From: Camelus dromedarius
Taxonomy: Eukaryota
Length of the DNA stretch: 64,000 bases
NCBI RefSeq assembly: GCF_036321535.1
Contig: NC_087438.1
Span: forward strand, 1,552,001-1,616,000
Direction of reading: 5' to 3'
The first letter of the stretch is position 1. The number at the start of each line of letters is the position of its first letter. The position numbers were made by a program, and so were the translations under genes. Positions 37,241 to 50,837 of the stretch are shown here, one piece after another. The notes beneath the pieces were generated by a model. The model was not told the DNA's origin. It did not search any database and worked only from the letters and a program-made list of their open reading frames with translations.

Positions 37241-39734
37241 TTGGAATTCAGAGGTGCCTGGGAGCCACCTGTTGGCTGCGTTTCAGGGCAGATCCATTCT
37301 GGGCCCAGAGACCCAGGGCCCCCTTGTGAAAGCAGGGCTGAGCTGCAGACTCCCCGGCCCCTTGATCGGTGTTTCTCCACGCTCCAAAGGCCAAGCTCTG
37401 CTCTGAGGTGTAACCCACCCCAGGTGGGAGCATGAGGGTACCTGTCTCTCTGCAGGTCACCGGAGAAGAGCAGAGCCAAGCCCGACACGGGAGCCTCGGC
37501 AGCAGCCTCTTAGCCCAGCAGGCGAGCACTTCCGCTCACGTCTCTTCTAAGCGCCCAAGGCGGGGAGAGAGCTCCTCGTTCACTTTCCACTGGGAATTTG
37601 GGGCTGTTTCCCAAACATTGTATGTCCAGGTTTAGTCGAACCTTCTCCGTTCTGTTAACTCGATCCTGACTCCCCAGAAAGTCAGGGGTTTCACAGTGGA
37701 AGACTCTCTCCCCTTTGAGCCCCCCCCAGAACCCTCTGGCTGCAGACACACACTTGAAAACAACCTGAAGTCCCTGGGCTGTGTCTGGGGCACTGCCGTT
37801 TCCAGTTCTGCGCGGCGACGCCGATTACAGAAGACGCGCGGCTCCACAACGTAAACTGAAACGAAACGGATCGACTTCGGGCTGCCCTTAGACACTTTCA
37901 GGAACTTTATGCAACAATTATAATAATAGTAACACTTAGCATCTTCAAAGGCTCTTTAAAACATGAACAAATTAATCTCCACCGCAGGGATTCGAGGTGC
38001 TGGATGGTGCGTCGTGATCACCTGTGGTTTGCCCCCAGAGAAAGTGAGGGAAAGGGGGTATGTTAGAGCGCGGTCCACACGCACACGCACATCGGGGGCG
38101 CAGCTGGAACCCCTGTCACCCTGTGGGCCGCCTGGTCCCAGGGCAGTCCCCCGCCTGCCCGGCAGCCCGACCGTTTGCTCTGCTCTGTGGCCCACTCCTC
38201 CGTGAGCTGTGCACCCCGGGGCTCAGGCTCAGCGCCCGGCCCTCCCCAGACACGCCAGGCCCGTGGAGGGCTCCCCCCTGCACACATGCACGTCTCTCCT
38301 GAATGATTCTCGGTGACTCTGACCTGCATGTCTTCCCAAGTCAGTAGCCGTGATCACCCTTTGAGCTGGCAAACCACAGCCCCCCTTCAGGCCATCCTTT
38401 CTGCCGACACTGGCCCTGCTGTCCCGAGCTGCGCTCCCGGGGGCGGCCGGGTGGGAGGCCTCCGAGGAGCCGGGACCGGCTGTGGGGCTGCCGGAAGTGC
38501 GGTCTTTGCTTCAGTAGATGGCACTCTTACCTCTGAATCGGGGAGCATCGTTCTCTGCACGTGTCGTACACCTGAGAGGGAGGCGGCAGGCAGCTCGCGG
38601 CACACAGCAGCAGGTGTGAACCCCCATGGGGCTCATAGTCTCTCTGCAGACCCCTCAGAGGAATCAGCTGCTACATCCCTGGGCCAAGCCGAGCTCTGGG
38701 AATTGCACAAACACACTGAAAGAGCCGGACGCAGCCCGGGCTTTAGAATGGACCTTCCAGAAGGTTCTTGCAAGTTTCCCGGGCACAGAGCACCCGCTTC
38801 TTGCTTCTAATAGCAGTTGTCTCATTTCATATCCCCCCGTTTTGGGGACAGATGCTCCCCTAGATTGAGAATATGCTTAAGCAGTTGTTCAGTTGTCTCG
38901 TCCCAGGAAAAGGCCCTTTCCCCTGCATGCTCCATCCTGACTGCTCGCTCCGGTTACTGGATGGAAAAACAATTACAGTAAAAATAACGAGCGCTGCAAG
39001 GTGCAAACTAAGCAGCCAGCTCATCCCACGGCTTTAAGGTCTCTGCTGTATTTTTCTTTAGAAAAATGTCTGTTTTTCTGATTTTATTCTTCCCCTAAAC
39101 TGAGAAGATGACGAATGAAAACTTCCAGAAGCCTCTTGCTGTGGGAATTTAGAAAAAGTGAAAATCACCTCAAGCCTTTAGTCATAAATATTCACTGGGA
39201 ACATTCTGGTGAATTTTTTCTCATACGATTTTAGCGAGGATTCCAGTGGATGGTCATGAGAGAGACGTAATCTGATTTGGCTTAAAGCAGCGGAAGGACT
39301 TATAAAAGGGTTCCTGTAAGTCCTTCCGCATTTGGAATAGGGGGCGAGCTCCGGCGACGTGGAGCCAGGGCTGCCAGGCAGGCAGGGCTCCTGCCCCTGT
39401 GGCCTTGGCTGCTTCCTAGGATCACCTCACTCTCCTTTCCTGCAGCTCATCTTTCTTAACTTCCAGGGCACTTGGGAGAAAACGGCTGCCACCCTCAGCC
39501 CCGAAGTTCATAGCTTACGCTTTCAGGAGAACAGCCAGGCAGAGCCAGAACCCCTGACTCCATTTCCAATTCCCAGTGAAGGTTCTTCATGGTCCAGCCG
39601 GGGTCACAGGGCATCTTGGAACCTGCCATCTGTGCCAGGACTCAGGGATGCTCGGACCCCACAGGTGGCTCCCAGGGTACCCAGGTGGATGGAGGTGGGT
39701 GGAGGGTCAGTCCCCAGAGGAGGCAGGTGTAATG

Positions 39735-39815
39735 CACACACACACGTCTGTGTGTCTGCGTGTGTGTCTCTGTGCGTGTCTGCGTGTGTGTGTCTGTGTC
39801 TGTGTGTGTGTGCAC
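39735..39815. repeat. Imperfect (TG)n/(CA)n microsatellite
   Basis: gcacacacacacgtctgtgtgtctgcgtgtgtgtc...gtgtgtgtgtgcac. Confidence 0.8.
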
Positions 39816-42607
39816 ATGAACTTGGAGCTGGGGAGAAATTTTAAAAAAAGAAAAGAGTAGAGGTAATTTGTTCTGCAATGCAGGATTTGTTTATAATTAT
39901 GTAAATAAATTATTGTCAATGCCTGTGACGTTGTAAGACAGAACTTACGTCTCCGTATGTCCCTCAAACAGTGGTCTGTTGCTTTGAATAATCCAGATTT
40001 AATCACAATTAGTGCATGGATTATTTCCGTGTTCTCAACAACGTGAGTAAATTTCTGGGAGCGGCACATTCACTTTCAAATCCACGGATTGTAGAGTTTT
40101 CCTTGACGGTGGGTGGAAGGAGCTGCCTGCCTTCCAGAGCTGGGTTGCGCTTTCTTCAAACCGGTGTTTTGAAGTGGGTATGACTCTTTACAAACAGGAA
40201 GAACAGTACACAGTTAAGAAAACAAATTGCTGGACGGTGGGTGGGCCCCTGTGCTTTCCCACGGGCTGTGGGCAGGGTTCTGGGCGACCCTGGGGAGGCA
40301 GCTCACCCCCCATCTCACTGCCCAACAGTCCCCGGGCACAGGGCCCGGGCGCAGGCAGCCAGGACGTGCCTGGACCCGTCTGGCTCCAACACAGCTAGCT
40401 GGCTGACAGTGCCTTTGGAGCAGAGGTTGTGAAATCCTTTCTTCACAAACGGGCTCACTTCCACCGGCGAGAAGACAAGATCAGGTTCCGAGTCTGCCCT
40501 GCAGCTTGTTGGGAGCTGTTGCTGTGCATCGCCCTCCCCGCCGTTGTCTGGGAGGTTTTCAGACTCTGGAAAGGCCCCGCCACCGTCGCTGTCTGCGGAG
40601 GTCCGGTGTCGTGCGGCCGATCGTTTACTTGAGTCGCACTCAGACATGCCGTGAAGTCAGGGTGCTGTTTACAGAAGAAGTCCTGGGCGCACGGGTGAGC
40701 CCTCGGGCCCAGCCTGGGCGGTGCTCTGTCTCCCGCCCCTTCCCTCACCTGTGCGTCTTAGCACATCGCACAGCGCTGTGCATGCTTTATACGCTTTAAT
40801 TAAATCTGGGGAAGAGTTGACTGATGGAAAGGAAAAAAGAGTGAGTGAAAACCGTAGGAGGTTTGGAATTGGCACTGAGAACAAACTGAAGCCTAGTTAA
40901 TAAACAGGAAGACCCTGAAGCCGTTCTCGGTGTGGAACCCGCGTCCGGGGGTCCCCAGAGACGGGTGGAGATGCCAAGCGGTGCTAGGCATCAATCTGGA
41001 AGGGGCAGGGCTGGCCGCGAAACGCCCCACCTGGTGGGGGAGCAGAGGGTACACCCTACATCCTCAACAGAAACTGCATTTCAAAGACAGAGGGAGAGGA
41101 AACTTTTAAAAGTTGAAAGCATTTGAATGTTTCTGAGTGATAAAACCCCTAAGAAACTGCTTAATAAAAGGCTTAGGTTGGCCTCCCGTGGGCGGGAGCT
41201 CGCGGAAGGACAATGTGAGTGTTGCTCGTGGCAAGTCAGGGGACCTGGTCAAGCCGCACTGGAGAATGAAACGACACCCCCGCTCGTCCGCGTGCACAGG
41301 CACCCCCGGGCTGGCGGCCAGCGCGGCCTCCACGCTGCCGAAGGGACCGGCGCCTCCCCAGTCACCGCCTCTTTAGGAACCTTGCGTGTTTTCCTCCAGT
41401 TTTCACTGAAGGGAGTAAACCGTGTTCCTGCTTCCACCGTCCCCTCCAAACAAGTGCCCCATCAACGTTTTCCTGACAGTGACACGTTAGAAATCTGGCT
41501 GAGCAGGGCTCCATGCCCCCCACCCCAACCCCGCAGGCGCCCAGCGGAGCGGCGGGCAGGCGCTCCTCATGCTGAGTGACTGCAGGTCAAACGCCAGCTA
41601 GGCGCGCAGGCGTGTGGAGCCTCCTCACAGACGGACCATTAATACTTCATTCGATAACCAAAAGGAGGGGCCCCTTGGCGGAGACCCTGTTCTCTCCACA
41701 CACAAGCTCATAACCGCTCCTGGGAAACAGCAAAGCAGGTGACCCACGCCAAGGCTGCAGCGGGGACCGTCACACGGACCTGGAGCAGCCAGGGAGCCCT
41801 CGTGTCATCCTGGTTGGCCCTCCTCTCAGGCTGCTGCTGGAGCACAGCTGTGCGTGGACGCAGATCACGCCGTTGTAACAGGTGCCTCTGGGCTTCCCCA
41901 CGCAGGACACATGTTCCAAGTGTCAGAATGTAAACGTAGTTCTGAGCCTCACACGCAGTCACCCTGTAATTCTCATCCTGGTGGTGTTCGCTCCAACTTG
42001 CTGGGTATCTCAAAGCATGAAACACATATGAGCTCATTCGTCCTTTTAGGATTTCCGTTTAGTTTAACATGAGTCACTGAAAAAAATGATCTAATGCAAT
42101 GCAATATTATGCTGAGTCATTTGAATTATTAGATTTCAAGAAGAACCCCATTCCATTCTGCCATGGGGAGATTTTCAGTAGATTATACAAGACTTGCAAA
42201 CAGGATGCGAAAGGCGCCAATGGGCTCACAGAGCGCCGTGTGGAGGCACCGTGGCCCGTTGGCAAAATATTTAAACTCAGGTTCTTTGGGATGTCGCTGG
42301 GGTTTAGATCTGCCTTAGTTCTCTGTTGCTGAGTAGCCAGTTCTCACACATTTACCAGTTACAGCAGTGCGGGTTTATCAGCGGGTAGTTTCTGCCGATG
42401 GGGAGTCCGGACACCACGTGGGTTTCAATCAAGGTGTCCGCGGGCTCCATTCTAGCCAGAGCCCAGGGTCCCTGTCCAGGCTCCCTGCTTGTGAGCAGAG
42501 TTCACGTCCCCAGAAGTGGTGTAGTTCCCCTCCTTCCTCCAGAGCGGTGGGCTTACCCTCTAAGAACGCATGTGGAAGAACCCGATCACTCTACGAACGC
42601 TGCTACC

Positions 42608-42970
42608 TGTAGTGGGTTGGGTAGTTCCCACCCAAAATCTAGGTTCACTGGAACCTCAGGTGTGGCCTTACTTGGAAACAAGACTACTGCAGATGAGGAC
42701 CCTTGTAATAACGGGGAGAGGGACCAGAGACAAGCAGGGAGAAGGCTGTGGATGATGCTTCAGTGCGGCTTCAAGCCAGGGATCACCCAGGTCGCCAGGA
42801 GCCACCAGAAGCCGAGAGGGGCCAGGAAGAGATTCACCTCAGAGCCTCCGAAGGAGTCTGCCCTGAGGATGCCTTGATCTCAGACTCCGGCCTCCAGACC
42901 TGGGAGAGAATACGTTTCTGTTGTTCGGAGCCATGCAAGCACTTTGTTAGGGAAGCTCCAGGGACTTAGC
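42608..42970 (+). mobile_element. MaLR solo LTR (MLT1C-like)
   Basis: tgtagtgggttg...gaacctcaggtgtggccttacttggaaacaag...ccaccagaagc...cagagcctcc...ccttgatctcagactccggcctccagacctgggagagaatacgtttctgttgtt...tttgtta. Confidence 0.85.
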
Positions 42971-44431
42971 AGGACAGAATGGGGCGTTGACCTCTCCATT
43001 CCATGGGGCTGGGTCACTCACGTCACACAGCAAGGTCCTCTCCAGGGGCACTGCCGGACTAGAGCGGGTCCTGGAAGGTGCAGGTCTGACTTCCTGTCCT
43101 CATGCTTCTGGAAGGGCGTGCCCCCTCCGTGCAAAACCGGAATGAGGTACAGCTGGGAGCTCTCTGGAAGGTTCTCAGGTGGTATGAGTGTGACCAGGTT
43201 TGAATAAACACAATGGAGAATTAGAAGACAAGATGCATCTGAGACGACCTTCTGGGGGGAGCCGGGAAACCAAGACAAGGAGAGCAAATCGCTCACCACA
43301 GAAGAGGAGCTGGGCAGAGACAAGCTGAGGACCAGCACCTCCGTGGTGCCCCAGCCAAGACACCATCATTTGGAAGCCACCTGTGTCAATAAGGCTTGTT
43401 TCCCAGAGTCACTTTCTTGGTGGCTCCTTCTAGTGCTGTTAAATAGATTTCTTTTGTAGAAATGCATCCTCAGTTCCTCTGCGGGGACTGAAGGAAGGGA
43501 TCAGTGCACACTTGAATCTTAAAAGGCAAAACCCTGCCTCCCTTCCTCCACTCCCAAAATCCCCAAAGGAAGGAGATGTTTTACCTGCGTTGGAGGAGAG
43601 TGGACTCAGGGTGACAGCCAAGGCCAGTCCCCACCCCCAAATCTCCCCTCCCTATGGACCGTCCTGTGGTCTCGGTTCCATGACCATCGGAGCTGTTGGC
43701 TTCTGGAGGAGCAAGGACAGTGAGCGCTGATGGAGCATTTAGTGCACTGGAGGACCCCACACGCTGCCCCTCCTCTCTCACGGCAGCCCAGGACACGGGC
43801 GTCTTCCCCTCTCTGCATGAGAAGGCCAGGCTCCTTGCCCAGCACCACACAGCGGGCCAAGCTGGATGCAGCCCTGTTCCCTAGTCTGCCCCTCTGGCTG
43901 CTGCTCTGAGTGACCCCTGATTCCTACACTGGGGACTTTACCTGTAGAAACTATGCTCACTCCAACCACCAATGCGGAAGGAAGCCAGACTTTGTGCAGA
44001 GACTGGGAAGGAGCAGAGAGGTCACTTCTCTGCAGCTCAGGGAGGGCGCCATGCTCCTCATCACACACTGACTCCTAGGAGAGACCCCTCAAGGAAAGGA
44101 GGGTGAGGTTTTGGCCCTTGGAATGCTGGCCCTCTTTGACTGTCCAGGGATTTTAGTGTGGGCCACAGCTGCCACCAGAGACTCCTCCAAACAAGGACTT
44201 GCTTATGGGACAGCAAGTTATTTCCAAGCAAGTGCAGGGAAGGGAAAGAGTCTAGAGTAAAAAGAACCCAGAATTGTCCATGACACTACAGTTCATGGTT
44301 GCATGCCCACTGCCCAGAAACAGGGTGTTCACGAAAGCAGTTCAGCGACACTAAGCAGACATGACCTCTCCCAGGACCCCTAAGGACATATGGCATGGAA
44401 GGGAAAACTGCATATCTGGGGTTATCCCCAA

Positions 44432-46150
44432 ATCATCATCCCTGGTCATCCATTCATCCATCATCCTTCCACCTATCATCTATCCATCATCCATCCATCC
44501 ATCCATCATCCACCTGCCATCCATCCATCATCTATGCATCCATCTATCCATCATTCATCCACCCATTATCCATCCACCATCCATCCATCATCCATCCACC
44601 ATCCACCCATCATCCACCCATCCACCATCCATCTATCATCCATCCATCCAACCATCATCCATCCATCCATTCACTTATCATCCGTCCACAATCCATCCAT
44701 CATTCATCCATTATCCATCCACTATCCATCCGTCATCCATTCATCCATCGTCCATCCATCATCTATCCATCCATCCATCCATCATCCAACAACCATCCAT
44801 CCATCTATCCACCACCCATCCATCATCCATCAACCATCCATCCATCATCTATCCATCCATATTCATCCATCATCCATCCATCATCTGTCCATCCATCATC
44901 ATCCAACAACCATCCATCCATCCACCATCCATCCATCTATCCATCATTCACCCACCCATCATCCATCCACCATCCATCCATCCATCTATCCATCATTCAC
45001 CCACCCATCATCCATCCACCATCCATCCATCATCCATCCATCCATCCACCATCCATCCACCATCCATCCGTCATCTATCCATCCACCCATCATCTGACAA
45101 CCATCCATCCATCTATCCATCACCCATCCATCATCCATCCACCATCCATCCATCATCCATCCATCCATCCACCATCCATCCATCATCTATCCATCCATAT
45201 CCATCCATCATCTATGCATCCATCTATCCATCATTCATCCACCCATTATCCATCCACCATCCATCCATCATCCATCCACCATCCACCCATCATCCACCCA
45301 TCCACCATCCATCTATCATCCATCCATCCAACCATCATCCATCCATCCATTCACTTATCATCCGTCCACAATCCATCCATCATTCATCCATTATCCATCC
45401 ACTATCCATCCGTCATCCATTCATCCATCGTCCATCCATCATCTATCCATCCATCCATCCATCATCCAACAACCATCCATCCATCTATCCACCACCCATC
45501 CATCATCCATCAACCATCCATCCATCATCTATCCATCCATATTCATCCATCATCCATCCATCATCTGTCCATCCATCATCATCCAACAACCATCCATCCA
45601 TCCACCATCCATCCATCCATCTATCCATCATTCACCCACCCATCATCCATCCACCATCCATCCATCCATCTATCCATCATTCACCCACCCATCATCCATC
45701 CACCATCCATCCATCATCCATCCATCCATCCACCATCCATCCACCATCCATCCGTCATCTATCCATCCACCCATCATCTGACAACCATCCATCCATCTAT
45801 CCATCACCCATCCATCATCCATCCACCATCCATCCATCATCCATCCATCCATCCACCATCCATCCATCATCTATCCATCCATATCCATCCATCATCCATT
45901 CATCCATCCACCATCCATCCATCATCTATGCATCCATCTATCCATAATTCATCCACCCATCATCCATCCACCATCCATCTATCATCCATCCATCCATCCA
46001 TCATCCATCCATCCATTCACTTATCATCCATCCACAATCCATCTATCATCCATCCATTATCCATCCACTATCCATCCTTCATCCATCATCCATTCATCCA
46101 TTGTCCATCCATCATCTATCCATCCATCCATCCATCATCTGTCATCTATC
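44432..46150. repeat. (CCAT/CAT)n low-complexity array with ~680 bp higher-order tandem duplication
   Basis: Rare variant words recur at fixed offsets: tctatgc 44531/45211/45925, tcacttatca 44671/45351/46017, tctgtcc 44885/45565, ctgacaacc 45094/45778; identical minus-strand ORFs at 44986 and 45670. Confidence 0.95.
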
Positions 46151-46157
46151 CAACCAA

Positions 46158-46390
46158 ATGGGTCCTCAGCCCTAAACCACAGGGAACTGAATTCTGCCAA
46201 CAATCAGAATGATGCTAGAAGCCAACCTTCCCCGGAGCCTCCAGTTGAAGACCCAGCCAGTGGCACCTTGACCTCAGTCTAGTGGAGCAGCCTGTAACAA
46301 GACCCAGCGGACCACAAGGTGATGAATGCAAGCTGTGGGAGGCAGTAAACATGAGGTGATTTGTTACAGCAGCAATACGAAAGTAACACA
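46158..46390 (+). mobile_element. MaLR LTR 3' part (MLT1E/F-like); probable 5' part at ~44360-44430
   Basis: cctcagccctaaaccacagggaactgaattctgccaacaatc...ggagcctccag...caccttga...gtgatttgttacagcagcaatacgaaagtaacaca. Confidence 0.8.
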
Positions 46391-46639
46391 ACTTCCATCT
46401 TTTTAAAGCCAAAGAATTACATTGAGAAGATGTTTTTCTCCATCTTTTAGAAATTTGTTATGCATAACTCATTCTCAAGCTCTTCCCTAAATCGACTTTC
46501 TCTACTTGCTTCCTCAGGAAAACCATCTCCAATCTCTCTGCTTAATTCCCAGTGCTCCAATGGTGTTCTCGACCTGTTTCTTCACTCCACAAACAACTGA
46601 GGGAATGGGCACCTCTGCAGGTGGCTCTCTGAGGGGAAG

Positions 46640-48430
46640 ATTAGCCCGTGAGAAAGAGATGGACACAGGAACAAAGTGCTCATTGAAGAGCAGCAGGTGT
46701 GTGGCTGAGCGTCCCACATGGTGTATGTGTGCTGTTTGCACATGAGGACAGAATGAGGAGACAGGCAAGGGGAGGAGGCTGTCATGGGGGTTGGGGGGCA
46801 ACATAGACAATCACCTGCAGTGTCAAACAGCGGGGGTCCCAGGAGGCTGGTCCCTGTGTAATCAGGACAGGTCACCACGGCCAGGACACAGGCAGATTGA
46901 GCCATGAGGGTGTCCAGTGCAATGCAGGACACATGATTTTTGAATGGTGAGGAGGCATGGAAGGTCTTCAGGTGGAGGACATGATACCAGAGTGGGATTT
47001 GGGGTGGGGGGGTCCTTCTGGATGAGTGGGGAGGAGGGGTAGGGGGCCAGCTAGGTGAGGCAGGACAAAGAATGCACAGGGCAGTCAGATCAGAGGGGAC
47101 GGGGAAGGGTCTGGAAGACCCTGGTGTGGGGCTGGGCAGTGGAGGGACCGAGGGTGTAGACTGCCCCACAGACAGAGAAGGCAGCCATGGGGCCCCCTAA
47201 GAGATGATGCTCAGCCCAGGGGCTGCAGGAAGGATGGACCCCTGGCGGAGACCACCTGAGTGCTGGGGGACACTGAGGTATACACAGAGCAGGGGCCCAG
47301 GAGACTGAGAAGAGTCGGGGCAGGGGAGAGAGGCAGAGCAGGGAGGAGGCACCCAGGAAACAAGATGGGCTTCTGGACAGCGAGACTGATGGGGGAACAG
47401 AGAAAGTTAACATCGGCAGTGGGGTTCTAACCGTTCTCTGTCGGCTTTGGCGACTGGGAAGTCAGAGTGACCTTTGTCAAATAGTCAGCTGGTTTGCAGG
47501 GGTGGGACTTTGGCATGAAGTGGACGCGTAGGAATAAGGAACAGCTCACGGAGGAGAGGGCCGTGCGGGCACAAGCAGCCACATCGAGTGTGAGTGCGTC
47601 CGGACGCGTGGGCATGAGTGCCGAGCGTGTAGACGCGGTGCGTGTGAGTTTACTTTGCACCCAGAGGGACACACGTCAGTGGCATGGCACGTGTGTCTGC
47701 TGAAAGAGAGGGGCCAGAGGAGGAAAGGGCCCAGAGCGCTGGGGGCTGAGGAACAGCGAGCCCCCCACGGCCCCGGGGCAGGCCCAGGCCTGGAAGCAGA
47801 GCGAGGCGCCAGGACCATCTCAGGAACAGTTAAAAATCTGAGCCCTTTTCAGTGGGAGGCCCCGCAGCAGAGACCAGTGCCTGGGAGGAGGGAGCAGAGG
47901 CTCTGGCTGGACCCTTGAGCGGGGCGGAGGGCTGGTGGGGCTGCGGGCCGGGGGCCTGAGAGGCCTGTGCGTGGAGCTGGGGTCTCATTCTGAGACGCCC
48001 GGAGAGGCCTCTGCGGGTTTGAAGGGAGTGGGTCAAAGGTCACTCAGAGGATGGTGGAGAACCAGTGGGGGGACAAGAGTGGACTTGGGGAGGACCCTCC
48101 GGGGGTGGCTACAAGTGTCTAGGTAAGAGGCGGGGCTGGCCTGGACCCAGAGGGCAGCCACGAGGAGAGAAGCTGGTCGGTTGAGCTGCACTTTGAGCTG
48201 AGCTCCGTGGGACTGGCAGTTGGACAGCTGGTTGGATGGCTGTGGGAGGGAGGGAAGCAGGGGGAAGGACACGGTGAGCCTGGGGTCTGGGCACCTGGGG
48301 AGGATGGTGTGCTGGCCATGAGCTCAGGGCGGCCGCCCGTGCTTGGAGGAGGAAGGGCTGGGATGTGGACGTTGAGGATTTCCCTCCTGAAACCTCATGT
48401 TCCCAAGGATGCTTTTTCAGGGTGGGACTG
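46640..48430 (-). mobile_element. Degraded L2 (3' UTR/ORF2 region), fragmented
   Basis: G/A-rich strand with L2-like blocks ggtgaggaggcatggaaggtcttcaggtggaggacatgata, gaagtcagagtgacctttg and gggatgtggacgttgagg. Confidence 0.45.
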
Positions 48431-50217
48431 AGAGCCCTGAACCTTAAAATTTGATGCTGTCTCTTCCATGACCCCTGGAGGGGTGGCTTAGGCGAGCTGT
48501 CACCAGGGGCTTAGACCTGCCCCTGCGAGCTTCAGCACCCCTACCCAGCGCACACACAAACTGGCCGACCCCTCGCGGGGAGAGTCCTCCGGCCTGGAGG
48601 AGAGTCTCCCTGCCCCACCCTGGGCCGGCGCCGCCTCGCTGCCAGCCTGGAGAGCAGGACGCTGCCCGCACATGCTTCAGGTTTTGTCTTTGGGCAGATG
48701 CCCTGGACCTGGGACCCAGAAAGCAATTTATTTATGGACTCAGATCAGCACAGAGATAAGCTGCAATGGAAGATGAGATGTGTTTTCTGAGAATGTCTTG
48801 TTAACACAGAAACCAGGGCAGTTGGTTCTAGGAAGAGGTGTCAGAGAGACAGCCTGGGGCGCCGCACCTGCACGGCCCTCCTCGTCGGGCAGGGCCGAGC
48901 CCACCCACCTGCGTGGTTACCTCCACACGTCAGCTGTACCTGGGTTGAGTCCCTGCCGCCTGCAGAGCCCGGCCCTCAGCTCCAGCCATCACTTAGCTCT
49001 GAAAACGTGTATTGAATTGGCAGAGCCAAGGCAGGCCCTCCAGGTAGCCAGCGGCAGATGAACGCGGGCCTCCTGGCCTCCTCTCAGAGCCCCCACCTCC
49101 AGCCTACAGCTCGGGAAGGCTGCTGTCTCAGACCCAGGTGTGTTTGAAGTGTTCCCTGGCAAGCAGGCGCCCCGCAGAAGCCCCAAGAATTGTCTTCTCA
49201 GCATTCAGTGGTGAGGCTTTTAGGCAGTGAGAACATGGACCTTGCCTGTCAGCTTGGTGCTGCAGAGCTCGGCCTTCGTAGTGGGGAGCAAGCTGGTTCC
49301 ACCCTTGGGTGTTACGGTTCATGCTTTAACATAAACCCTAGAACCTGAGAAAGCCATCTGAAAAATAATTTCCTTTTCCAAAACTTAAACAGAAGCCATA
49401 TAAATACCGTGTACAAATAAGGCAGAAAACGACCTTGCACGATCTCTGGGGGGCAGGGAGGGTGAGACGGGCTGCGCTCAAGACTGTCAGGGTCCGGATT
49501 GTCGCTGCTCGGTGGGGCGCTGCGGACTCCACCCCCAGGGGAGCGCCTGTGAGGGCGCAGAGCCTCGGCCCTCAAGCGCTCCTGTAACTGCGCGAACACA
49601 TAACCCTCCGCAGATTACCAGGGCCCGCCTCGGGCGCTCCTGGCTCCCCGGGAGGGGCTGGACCCACATCCAGCCCCTCATCCATTCCTCCCTGATGGTG
49701 TCGTTTCTGACTCACGCAGCAGCACAGTTGCAGCAAACGCGCACCCCTGCCAGCAGCAGGTGATGTCTCGTAGGAGTGACGATGAGGTTCAGAAATGATT
49801 GGTGTGCGGACAGGTGTGCACCTTGGACTCGGTCACCAATTGAAATGAGTTTAATTCATGGGGAGAGAGAACATGGCATCGGCTCAGGGTGTCAAGTCCT
49901 GTTGTTCAAGATGGACTTGCCCCAGAGAAAGCCCGTGTGTATTTGTGCGTGTGCGTGTGTGATGTTTGTGTGCCGTGCTCGCCTGGGGTGCGGTGTGTGT
50001 GTGGTGCCTGTGTGTGTGCACACGGGTGTGTGGTGTCTGCTGAAGGAAAGAAAGCACATGTTTCGTCCGTAAGAGCCACTCCCTGTGCAGGTTCTGAGGA
50101 GCTGGCGGGCCCGGGGGAGCTGAGACTTGAATGCTGTTGACTGGAGTCTTAAGTAAGAGAGGGCGTCAGAAAGAGGTCAGTGTCTTCCTTTCCTGGGACA
50201 GAGTTTCTTTCTGCATT

Positions 50218-50837
50218 TGTTACTGAAACAAACTTGGGTCCACTGGCCAGTGCACAATAATGCAGTCTACTGCCCCCAGCTGGTGGTGAAGGAAAGGGCA
50301 GCGTTTATTGCAGGCGCCCAGCAAGGAGTCCAGGCAGCTGGTGCTCAAAAGAGCCAAACTCCTCAAGGCTCTCAGGGGAGGGTTTTAAAGACACAGTGGG
50401 GGAGGGGGCGTGGTCAGCTCATGGACGCTGTTCTGAGTGGTCGGTGGGGAGGTCACCGGGCGTCGGCATCATCCACCTTCTGGTTCCAGCTGATCTGGGT
50501 CCACGGGCAGGGGGCAGCACGCAGTCAGCCTCTTCCCCCGGGTGGGGGCCTCGGTGTCTGCAGAACAGCTCAAAGGACGAGGCTCAGAGCATTGCCCACA
50601 GCCCTTGAGGAGGAGCTGAGAGTCCTTGACTTTGTTTAGCGGCTGAACTATGACTAGTTTGTCTTGCTTGACTATTTTCCTGTGTGTCTGCATTTTCTCA
50701 CTTCGCTGATTAAATTTGCTCTTTGGATCTTGGGGAAGCCTGGGAGGCTGAAGCTTTTCTGCAGACAAGAGGCAAGAGGAGGACCTGGAGGGGAGTGTCT
50801 GTCCTGGGAAGGCCCTGAGGGGTCCTGCTCGGCTACA
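50218..50837 (-). mobile_element. ERV1-class solo LTR
   Basis: TG...CA termini (tgttactga...ggctaca); 4-bp flanks catt/cact (TSD with one mismatch); minus-strand AATAAA (tttatt ~50305); blocks ggtgaaggaaagggcagcgtttattgcagg and ggagctgagagtccttgactttg resemble laurasiatherian ERV1 LTRs. Confidence 0.8.

Noticed and set aside
44361..46212. 528-aa and 605-aa His/Pro/Ser/Ile-rich ORFs
   Set aside because: They are translations of the (CCAT)n array, which rarely contains stop codons; open in several frames, with no coding signal.
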